This document shows, piece after piece, positions 11,662 to 21,560 of a stretch of DNA of 64,000 bases. The translations under genes were made by a program, and so were the position numbers. The stretch comes from Cyanophora paradoxa CCMP329 (Eukaryota > Plantae > Glaucophyta). The DNA is taken from contig QPMI01000064.1 in the NCBI GenBank assembly GCA_004431415.1, positions 310,001-374,000 of the forward strand, in the 5' to 3' direction. The notes beneath the pieces were generated by a model. That model was not told where the DNA came from and did not search any database. It worked only from the letters and a program-made list of their open reading frames with translations. How positions within the stretch are numbered: the first letter of the stretch is position 1; each line of letters opens with the position of its first letter.

Positions 11662-13334
11662 TCTCAAACCCAAAAACCAACGAGCCAAATTCCTTTTTTA
11701 ACCTTTTTTTCCACTCGAGATCCCCCCTACTAAATAATTTCCGCGTCGCACTCCCTCGAGGCAGAATTATTAATTCTGCCTCGACACGGAGGCGATTGAT
11801 GCTAATAACACTGCTACCCTAACCCCCACAGACCTCTCTAGATCCATTTTTAGCGTCCTGGCTCCCCTAAGACGACCGCTCTCCCGTGGGCGTCGCGCGA
11901 AAATCGAATTTCCCTCTGGATCAATTCCGGTACTTAACCTCCGACAAACGCAGTCCGAGTCAGAAGGTGGGACCCGGTCCCGCCCGGTCCCGCGACGAAA
12001 TCGCGCCAGGGACGCCCCAGAACGATACAGAATGACGCGCGAGGGCGAGCGCATCGCCGCAAGCTCGATTTCGGGCGCCCTCGACACTCCAGTGCGAAGA
12101 GTCGGCCGAAAATTTGATCCCGTCGGTTCCGGCCGGTCCCGCGACGCGCGCGATCGATGCGTACTGGCGCGCATAGACATAGCAGGGCCTGCGCACGCCC
12201 GAAATCTGCTTTTCGGATGCCGATCAGTGCAGGAAGGTACCGGACATCAAACATTCGATCCTGCACGGGCCCGGACATCTTTCCGCGCGCCCACGCCGCG
12301 GCGCATGCGCGGAACAATAGCATAAGCATTTGAGATGTAGACAAAGCCTTCCGCATGCTTTGCGTATGCGCCGGGCCGCGACGACCCAGCCGACCCCGAA
12401 AATTCGATCCTCTTCAGACGTGAACAACTTTCCACGCGCCCTCGCGTCCTCACGCAGGCCGCATCGCTGGTATATTCATTTGAGATTTTATCAAAGCCTT
12501 TCACAAACTTCGAAGACGCGAAAGAGCACGAGAACCCAACCGTCGGCAAAAATTCGATCCTGCACGGACCCGGAGATCTTTCCGCGCGCCCACGCTGCGG
12601 CGCATGCGCGGAACAATAGCATAAGCATCTGAGATGTAGAGCAAGCGTTCCGCACGCTTTACAGATGTGCCAGGCCGCGAGGACCCAGCCGACCCCGAAA
12701 GTTCGATCCTCTTCAGACCTGAACAACTTTCCGCGCGCCCTAGGCCTCGCGTCCTCGCGCGTGCGCATCGCTACAATAGTAATTTGAGGTCTTTGTTAAG
12801 CTTTTCACGACCCCCGAGGACGCGACAGGGCGCGAGAATCCAACCGACCCTGAAAATTCGATCCTGCATGGACCTGCACGTCTTTCCTCGCGCCCTCGCC
12901 TTCGCAGCCCTGCACATCGGTGCTATATGCGTTCGAGATTCTGTTTAAGCGATTCGCAAGCTCTGCTCATGCGCCTGGCTGCGAGGACCTCGGGCTCGCG
13001 CGCCCCTCCCCGGCCTCCCCCCCAACATTATTATTTATATTAAATTAATCTCCTCTCAATCTGCTCCACCAGTAAAAACCAAGCGTTACCGGTCCAACTC
13101 CTCCCATAATTAATTATATATTCCCTCTCCTCATTACATTGCTCTCTGGCCAACCAGGTCTCCCTAGAGCTGGCTATAGCAGGCCAGCCCATGGCCAAGC
13201 CGGCGAAACCCGGACAGCTGGCCATGGGCGGGGCTGCAGCAGGCCGCCTACTGTGACAGCCCGGCGGCCGTGACTCAGTGAGGGCTTCCGCGAGGCTTCG
13301 CCGTACTTAGTGCTCCGCAGGAGCACGGATCTTG
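11662..13334 (+). mobile_element. Element body 3
   Basis: Same termini; internal ~140-150 bp repeat array. Confidence 0.85.
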
Positions 13335-13877
13335 TCTCAAACCCAAAAACGAACGGGTCCAAATTCCTTTTTTAACCTTTTTTTCCACTCGAGATCCCCC
13401 CTGCTAAATAATTTCCGTATCGACACTCCTCAAGCCAGAATTATTAATTCTCCCTCGACACGGACGCGATTGCCGCAAATAACACAGCTACTCCAACCCC
13501 CACAGACCTCTCTAGATCCATTTTTAGCGTCCTGACTCCCCTAAGACGACCGCTCTCCCGTGGGCGTCGCGCGAATATCGAATCGACGTGCAGAGTGCCC
13601 CTTATCGACGTGCAGAGTGCCCCTATCGCATTGCTTATCGCTTAAACTTCATTATACATGCAAGAGATACGTAAAGGAAGCTTATTACGACGTGTTCTGC
13701 ACGAGAAAAGGGCCCCCCGAATATTTTCTCGAGCAAAATTTTTTGAGCGTCCAGCCGAGACCAAAAAATTTAGTACCCCCCCGCGCTGCGGGAGCGCGTC
13801 TGTTAGCCCAGACGCGTGCACGTCTCTCACGTCAACCATCTGGATCGTAATCTGTGGCTCTAGACGAGCTTGAGCGT

Positions 13878-15032
13878 ATGCCGCGATCAGAGCAGAACCG
13901 GGCGACAGCCAACTTCGACCTTGCCCCGCTGCAGGCGGAGTGGCAGCGGCTGTTTCCGACTAGCGCTGTGCCATTGACAGTGCTCACGCTTGTTACTGTT
14001 GCGACCGTCGCCCAGCTCTATCCGCCAACCTTCAGTTATGCTAGCATCATTCCTCCGACTGCTTGGACCTTCTACACGCAGCCGGCCTTCGATGCGCTAC
14101 AGCAGCTGATCACTGAGCGTGTGAGCGCTCTTACCAGCGAGCCAGCGCATTCGGTCGCGCGCTGGGGTCGCGGTTTTCTTGTGATCTTCAGTAGTACTGC
14201 GCATTGTGAGCGGTTCCTGACATCGGTCGGTGCAGCTGGCCTCCAGTTGGCCGTTCCAGCCCTTGGCATTCTTGCGGCCGCTTGGATTGTCGGCCGTGAG
14301 CCGACGCCGCCGGCGGGCGGTCTGCCTCCTGACCCTGGCCAGCCGCCGCTTCAGCGCCCGCAGGGCCAGGATCACTGGATCTGGCTTGAGAAGTTTCAGC
14401 ATCGGCCCGATGAGGACCCTATCCGCCATTGGCTGGCGCAGCGCGGCCTGAAAGTCCGGCACATTCATTATCAGCAGCGGGGCATGCCAGCCGGGATTAT
14501 GAAGATCTATCTCTCTGAGCTGCCCCCGCTCGATGTGCAAGTTGCTCTTCCTAATACGGTTACCTTTGGCGACGGGCTTGAGCTTCGTGTGGCGGCCAGC
14601 TGGCGGGACTGCCGCCTGTATGGTTGCGGAGGCCGGCCTCACCTTCCTCATCCCCTAGCTGACCATCACCCCTCTCTCTCTGAATTTCATACCTCCAAAC
14701 TCTCCGCCGCGTCCACTCCGTCCTCAGCGTCCCGGCCTCAGAAGGCGGCCCGCAAGGAGACAGCCGCAGCTGGGCCCAGCGCAGCTGCAGATAAGCCTGC
14801 AGCTGATCAGTTTACTTATTCTTACCCAGCAACTGGCCCGCGTTGGACAGAGGCAACTGGTCCTATGGGCCTTGAGCTCTCCGCCCCGCCAGGGCCTGAC
14901 GGACAGCTCTCCAAGCCTGCCCACCGCATTGTCTTCCCCTTCAGGCCATTCTCCAAGCCCGGGCCGGGAAGGCCTCTGCCGCACCTCCCGCCCCCTCTGG
15001 CTCCGCTGGCGGCCCTTCGGACATGGCTATAG
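13878..15032 (+). CDS. LINE ORF1 (nucleic-acid-binding; RRM-like segments and a Cys/His motif)
   Basis: ATG 13878; RWGRGFLVIFSS and IWLEKF...GIMKIYL resemble RRM strands; CRLYGCGGRPHLPH; lies directly upstream of ORF2. Confidence 0.7.
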   Translation: MPRSEQNRATANFDLAPLQAEWQRLFPTSAVPLTVLTLVTVATVAQLYPPTFSYASIIPPTAWTFYTQPAFDALQQLITERVSALTSEPAHSVARWGRGFLVIFSSTAHCERFLTSVGAAGLQLAVPALGILAAAWIVGREPTPPAGGLPPDPGQPPLQRPQGQDHWIWLEKFQHRPDEDPIRHWLAQRGLKVRHIHYQQRGMPAGIMKIYLSELPPLDVQVALPNTVTFGDGLELRVAASWRDCRLYGCGGRPHLPHPLADHHPSLSEFHTSKLSAASTPSSASRPQKAARKETAAAGPSAAADKPAADQFTYSYPATGPRWTEATGPMGLELSAPPGPDGQLSKPAHRIVFPFRPFSKPGPGRPLPHLPPPLAPLAALRTWL

Positions 15033-15508
15033 ACCCGGTGAGCTCTTTCTTTTTGTTCAGATCTAATAGGGGTGTACAGTTGGTGGCCCCCCGGCTGCGC
15101 TGCAGTTGGGGTTGTGGACTGCCAAAGCTGCACTGCAGCTGCGGCATGATGCCAAGGCTGCGCTGCAGCTGCGGCACCTTGAACTTGCAATTGTTCTGAT
15201 CTGGGCTTTAAAACTGGATTACTGTTTAAATACGATGCATAGACATCTCATAAATTGGCACTCTTATTACTTTTTTCAACTCGCCCTCACCTTGTTTCTG
15301 AGCGCAGCCCGCTGGCCTGCCCACGGAGATGACGAACATGCAGATCGCTGCCGCCGGCCGTACAATTCCAACACGCGTTCGGGGTGCCGGTTCTGGCACT
15401 GGTGCCGGTTCTGGCACTGGCAAGTAGGGTCGTCTCGTATTTTGCCCTTCTTCAATTTAAGCTTGTACATAGTTTTCTCTGGATTCTTTAAACCACCGTG
15501 ATCATACT

Positions 15509-18500
15509 ATGGCCATCAATATTGTCTCCCTGAACGTTGCAGGGAAATTAGTAGGAGACACAAGCTTCTGTGCTTCACTTGGTATGCACCACGTTGATTA
15601 TCTCCTTAAGTGTGCTCGTGAACAGTCTCGCAAATCCATAGTTTGTTTACAGGAAACTCACGTATCGAGTAAAGTAGACGCTGCTTTTCTGAAAGGCAAG
15701 TGGGGGCTACCCCTTCGTACTGGGCTTTCAATCCAGAAGTTGCCAGTCAAGGTGTAGCTACTCTCTTCCCTAATAAGCGATTTAGCATTACCTCGCTAGC
15801 TCCTGCACAGAGTTCCCGGCTGCAGCTGTTCCTGTTGCGCTCTGGAACTGTAAATATTTACCTGTGCAACATTTACGCACCTGTTCAGGATGCTGAACGG
15901 TTAGGCTTCTACGAGACATTGTGTCATACTCTGGAGTCGGTCGTTCCTGTGGGGTCCCATTTAATCTTATGTGGTGATTTTAACTTTCACCTTTTGCCTT
16001 CTGACGCGAACAGTACTTCGGGGCGGGTGTCGCCCCCTGCATCCTTTGAAGCGGTTTGCTCGCAATATCAACTCCAGGATGTTGCATCGCTTTGTACGGA
16101 TGAGCGCCGGTCTAATCGATTTAAAACGTTTTATCGGACTAATGCCCAGGCAGCCTCGGGGCCGTCGAATCTCGTCTAGATTATTTCTTTGTCTCTCAAT
16201 CCCTACTCGCATGGAACCCAGTGCTCGTCCCATGGATGAAATACACTTCCAGACATCTTGATAGGCCTCTTTCTGATCACATTGGAATTCAACTCACGCT
16301 GTCCCCTCCAGTTCATCAGCGTGGGCCGGGTCGCTGGAAGATGCGATGGGACCTTTATGGGAAGAACCCAGCGTATCTCGCTGAAATTCGGAAGGTTTTT
16401 CAGATGTGGCGTGCTGAGTGGCCTTCGCCTGCATCCGATTCTATTCTTCGCTTCGAAGCTCTTAAACGGTATCTACAGACTGCTCTCTCTGCGTGGGAGT
16501 CGACTGAGCGGCGCAAGAATAAGTCGGCTTACTGGTCTGCCATGAAACGTCTCGAACGTCTCATCACCGCCTATTCGCAGGGCGAGATCTTACGGGACAG
16601 TTTCTTGAGTGGCCGCTCTGCTCTTTATAGAGAGCTGCGGGAGCGCATGCCTCAAGTGTGTAGGGCTGCCGTTCAAGCTGACTCGCTATTCTCAAGTCAG
16701 AACGAGGCCACATCGAGGCGGGAGTTTTTCACTCATTATTTCGGAACTGCTGAGCAGGAGACCGGATGTGAGAATAAACTCCGGCCGGCCAACACCCGGA
16801 TCCCTCTTATGCTTCTGATAATCCCTTTGTGCTTATGACGTTGTCGGCAGCTCATTTCGCTGATTTATACGATGGTCAGCAAGCTCAAAGTGTGGTGGCG
16901 GCGCATCGTGATGAACGGGCTGAATGTGCGTCACTGTATGCGCCTTATAAACTCATTCCGCGGGAGGCCGTGGATCTCGATACCCCACTGGCCGCCTATG
17001 AATTGTTGCAATCGTTTAAGGATATATCTGGGCTTAGAAAATCCCCTGGACTTGATGGTTTAGTACCTGAATTTTATAGTACTTTCTGGGGCGACATTGG
17101 TCCAGATTTTATGGAATACCTTAAGGCTATGCATAATCGGAAGGCGGCCCCTGGCTCGCTACGAGATATCCTCATTGTCCCAATTCCGAAACCTGGTACG
17201 GATGCGACTTTGGTCACTAACCGTCGGCCTATCTCTCTATCGAATGTAGAGGAGCGAGCAGTCGAGCGGGCATTATCTAACCGCTTGACCCCTATCATGC
17301 CCCGCTTAATATCAAAATATCAGTCGGGTTTTATCACCAAACGTTCTGCGGTGCATCAATTTATGCTCGTATATTTATTGATGTATTATGAGGGGGATAA
17401 TCCCGATCTCGAGGAACTTTGTTTGGGGTTCCTTGATTTCTCCAAAGCCTATGATCGGGTGAATTGGGAGTTTCTTTTCTGGACCTTGAATCAATATGGA
17501 TTTGGGTCATACTTTACTGACTGGGTCCGTCTTTTGTATTCTGATCTGTCGGGATGATCCATATTAATGGCTGGACAACGCCTCGGTTTCCCATCCGGTG
17601 CGGAGTCCGGCAGGGTGGTCCTCTATCGCCATATCTATATAATTTGTGTGCGCATCTATTAATCATGTTAATCGATACTGAACCCCGTATACGCGGGGTG
17701 CAAATTTCTGGGCGGTCCATATGCAAGGTCCTCCAGTTTGCTGATGATACTGTTCCCTTATTGCCTCCTTTGCGGAATTCCCCATTTGGGACGCTCTCAT
17801 TAAGAAATTTCAACGGTTAACAGGGGCGAAAATTAATCTCGAAAAATCGCATATACTACCCATGCACTCACATTTATCTCTTCCACCTGATTGTCCTTTT
17901 GAGCGTATGAAGGTTGATCCTTCTGAGATTTCCGCAGATGCCAAGATCGCCAAATATCTCGGGTTCCCTCTGGAGCTAGTGCATGACCGGTTTTGGAATA
18001 AAAAGACTGCTGCTCTCGTTCTGCGCGCACAGTCAGTTAACCGGAATCGGATGCCTCTACGCTCTGGTGTTTTACTTGCGTGGGCTGCTATTGTGGGATC
18101 ACTACATTATCCGCTGTATATTTTAGAACCGGGAGGTGATCGTTATAAAGCTTGGAGTAATTTAATCCGCAACTTTTCGGGTGTACGCGGCTCCGTATCT
18201 ACATATGTTACGGCGCTTCCGTTTAAAGACGGTGGATTAAATTGCCCAGATATTGTTACGTTTTCGCTGGCTTTAAAATCTAAATGGCTTGCCTTCCTTA
18301 ACGACCCGGCCTGTTCAGCTCCTTGGAAGGAATATATTCAATACCAAATAGACCGTCAGTTGGCTCCATTCTCTTATGCTAATGTCATTTTGGGGCTTGA
18401 TGTGTCTGCCATCTTGCCAAGATTGCATTTGCCACCGCTTTGGCAGATGCTGTTTGAGGCGTGGCGAGATCGTCAAGCCGTTGCATCTCCTACAACCGTG

Positions 18501-19860
18501 CATCAAATTTTGACCCAGCCTATTTTTCTTAATCCTTTATATGTTCTTCCTAGTGACATTGCAGCACAGACACATACTGAGTTTGCGAGAGCCGGTGTAC
18601 AGCGCGTCGCTGACATTTGGGATGTACAGTTGCACCGATTTCGTGCTCCCCTGCAATGCTAGTTGATTATACTGCTGCCTTTGATCAAATTTGTCGTGCC
18701 CTGCCATCCAGTTGGCTTACAACGCTTACTGCTAATGCCGTACCGGAACGTTTCTTATGGTATAAATCGAAAGATGATAAATATGTGTATCTGAGGGGTC
18801 CCTCGGGCTTTTTTGTGGCCTTCCCTCTTTTTGAAGGTGAGATTGTCCCACGGGTGTTGGATTTCGTCCCGTGGCCCCGTGGCCGCCCTCCAGATCCGCT
18901 CTTGTACCCTGGCGTACCAGCTGGCCTCTTGCCGCTTCATGTGCTCTCCTCCCAGTATTTTATTTCTTTGCGCAGAGGTTCGCGTCCAATTCTGGTTTCG
19001 CTTGGCACGGGTTCGACAGCTACGCTTTCCTACAGCAATTTTGCTTTCACATTCGATAAGATGCTCACGCTTCAGGGCTTTTCTGTTCGGCGCTTTTACC
19101 AGCTCGAGGTACAGCGACTGTGGCGGGTGCGGAGTAGGGCTAAGATGCCTTCAGAACACTGGGGTCTGGATCTCCCTCTTAATCGCGTGTCTCAGCTCGT
19201 CGCCCTTCGTGCCTTTCCTATGCTGTGGCTCGATGTCCTCTTCCGTCTCCGATATAAGGCTTTCCCATCTTTACAACGGCCGCCGGTCGCGGCTATTTTC
19301 TGCCGCGCTTGTAATGATGGGCAGCATCGTTCAGTGCGGCACGTTTTCTTTGATTGCCCTGTGGTGCAGGGTTTTTGGCGGGCCATGCATGCTGAGCTCA
19401 CATCCTTAGCAGAGGCTTTGCCCGAGGACGTGCAGCCCTCTTTACCATTGCCTCCTATTACGTTCTCCGCTATTCTAGATCCACAAGTTCCCGGTGTTGC
19501 GGGGACATTGATCACATCTTCTGTGGATGCCGATTTCTGTGTTCGGTATCTCGGTTATATTTTGGCGGGCATTTACGCAATTTTCAGCTGTCCCGTGCAT
19601 ATCTCTCACCCGATAATTTACTTGCTGAGCGGGTACCAGTGTACTCCGTTAATGCTCTGCTAAACCTGTGGAAACGTTTTCTGGATATTCTCGAGATTAC
19701 GTTGCCTCCTGCTGTCGAGCGCATTGAGCTTCTTCGTTTACGGCATTTAGGGGAGGGCTCTGATTACGATGGTTCAAACCCTGAGTCACGTGACCGCCCT
19801 AGCCCCCCTCAATCTATTTTTGATGCGAGCTTCTTTTCTGTGCGCGGAGCTATCCCTCTA
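15509..19860 (+). pseudogene. LINE ORF2: AP endonuclease + reverse transcriptase + CCHC zinc finger, broken by ~7 frameshifts
   Basis: APE motifs SLNVAG, CLQETH, NIYAP, GDFN, SRLDYFF, SDH; RT motifs KSPGLDG, RPISLSN, QSGF, LDFSKAYDRV, GVRQGGPLSP, FADD, KYLG; GGLN; CRACNDGQHRSVRHVFFDC. Confidence 0.95.
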
Positions 19861-21463
19861 CAGCGCTCGGGCCCCCAGCAGTCGCGGTCCCGGGCCCCCT
19901 GCAGTCGCTACCCCTAGGCCTGCTGCTACAGTTAATGGCGTCGGCGTGAATCCTCAAGTTCAGCACATTGCGAGGCCATCTGCTAGCGCTGATACAGCTT
20001 CGGTCCCGGCTCCCTCGAGTTCTCGTTTGAGCTCGTCTGCCGATGCTAGCGCTAGCGCCGCTTCTGCCTCCACATTAATATGCCCTATTTGTGGGAAGAA
20101 CTTTCAGTCTTCTGCTGATCGTGACCGTCATGTTCGGGCTGATAAACATCCTGCTAACGCCCGTGGCGTTCGCCGACCTCGAACCCCCTCTAGTTCAGAG
20201 AATCCTCCAGATCCTGTGCCTCCTGCCCAGCGCCCCCGCCTCCAGTCTCCGGATCCGGCACCCCCAGTGCTTGCTCCAGCTCCTGCAGCTGCGGCTACAT
20301 ATGCCGAGCCCCGTCAGCCTGTTCCGACTTTGCGACGGATTCGCTCCCCTGCACCCTCACCGTCGCCACCTGCTCAGCGGCTCCGTACTTCCCTGCCCCC
20401 CCCTAGTCCTTCTCTGATACCTTCCGTTTCACGAATCCGCCGCCCCCGGTCTCCGTCGAATTCAACCTTGCCTCCCGATGCCGATCCGTCCCCTGTCCAT
20501 GTGTCTCGGCGCCTGCGGCTTTCCTCTCCTGTACCTTCGGCTTCCCCTCTGGCTGTCCCGCCAGATCCACCTCGCCCGCCGGTTCCTGCATGGCCCCCTT
20601 TGATTCATGATAGTCTTGTATCAATCTTCGCTTCACCTCAACTTAGTTTACCCTCAGTTGTTTTGCCGTCACCTCCATCAGATGCTTCATCGATGTTAGT
20701 TAGGAGCACTGGCCCCCTCCACCTTCCAGTTCCTCGTGTATTCCATGCCTTCCCTGTACCTTTGATTCCGTTCCCTTTGTCGTTAGCTCTGCCTCTTCCT
20801 CCTCCATCTCTCACTGTTAGCCCTCAGGCAGTTCCGCCTCTTTATCTTCAGCGACCGTCAGACCGTATAGTTTTTGGCAGCGAGTATTTTGTGTATGGTG
20901 ACGTTCCTCGTGTGTACCCTTCTCTCTCTTCTACTTCGCTATATTTGCCTCTCCCGCCTGGTTCAGCCCCATCGTCTGCCTTCCCTGTCACTACTGGCTT
21001 GCGTTTCGCCCCTCCTCTTATACTGCCGATTCCGAGTCTGCACCCGAGCTCTGCCCCTTTCCTCGTGTCGTCCCCAGTTCCTCAGATTAGTCTTCAGCCG
21101 TCCATTGTTTTACCAACTCTACAATCTCGATTCCGTTTAGACACTCCGCCAGCTTCGACTTTCCCCTCTAGTGGTGTCCTACGTTTCGCCTCTCCTACTG
21201 TTCTACCGCCTTTGCCTCCTGCGACTACGTCTTCTAGTTCTGCTGTTAGCTCTGTCTTGTCGTCTTCGTCTAGATCTTCGTCTTCGACTGTAGTTCCTCG
21301 TGCTCGTTCTCCTTATTTGCTGCGTCCCCGTGCTCCTCGTCGTTCTAGTGTGACTAGTACTTCTGCATCGACGCCCTTGAGCTCTTCTACTCCTTCTCTT
21401 CGTGCTCGTTCTCCTTATCTTTTGCGTTCTTCTGATCGTGTCCCTTCTCGTGATCCCTCTTGA
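19769..21463 (+). CDS. Pro/Ser/Arg-rich ORF with one C2H2 finger (ORF3, or the frameshifted tail of ORF2)
   Basis: 564 open codons inside the LINE; CPICGKNFQSSADRDRHVRADKH; RARSPYLLR twice near the end. Confidence 0.75.
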   Translation: MVQTLSHVTALAPLNLFLMRASFLCAELSLYSARAPSSRGPGPPAVATPRPAATVNGVGVNPQVQHIARPSASADTASVPAPSSSRLSSSADASASAASASTLICPICGKNFQSSADRDRHVRADKHPANARGVRRPRTPSSSENPPDPVPPAQRPRLQSPDPAPPVLAPAPAAAATYAEPRQPVPTLRRIRSPAPSPSPPAQRLRTSLPPPSPSLIPSVSRIRRPRSPSNSTLPPDADPSPVHVSRRLRLSSPVPSASPLAVPPDPPRPPVPAWPPLIHDSLVSIFASPQLSLPSVVLPSPPSDASSMLVRSTGPLHLPVPRVFHAFPVPLIPFPLSLALPLPPPSLTVSPQAVPPLYLQRPSDRIVFGSEYFVYGDVPRVYPSLSSTSLYLPLPPGSAPSSAFPVTTGLRFAPPLILPIPSLHPSSAPFLVSSPVPQISLQPSIVLPTLQSRFRLDTPPASTFPSSGVLRFASPTVLPPLPPATTSSSSAVSSVLSSSSRSSSSTVVPRARSPYLLRPRAPRRSSVTSTSASTPLSSSTPSLRARSPYLLRSSDRVPSRDPS

Positions 21464-21535
21464 TTCTGTATATATTTTGTGCTAGTTTACTGTATCTTTG
21501 ATTTGTGATTGCTTTGTTGTCTTTAATATCACTAC

Positions 21536-21560
21536 CTACGGGGGGTTCGCCCCACCGTAG
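21536..21560 (+). other. LINE 3' UTR stem-loop just before the poly(A)
   Basis: CTACGG-GGGG-TTCG-CCCC-A-CCGTAG: 10-bp stem with one bulge and a UUCG loop. Confidence 0.7.

Noticed and set aside
8500-13000. Many ORFs called within the element bodies
   Set aside because: Frames are not preserved between copies and show no HUH or helicase motifs.
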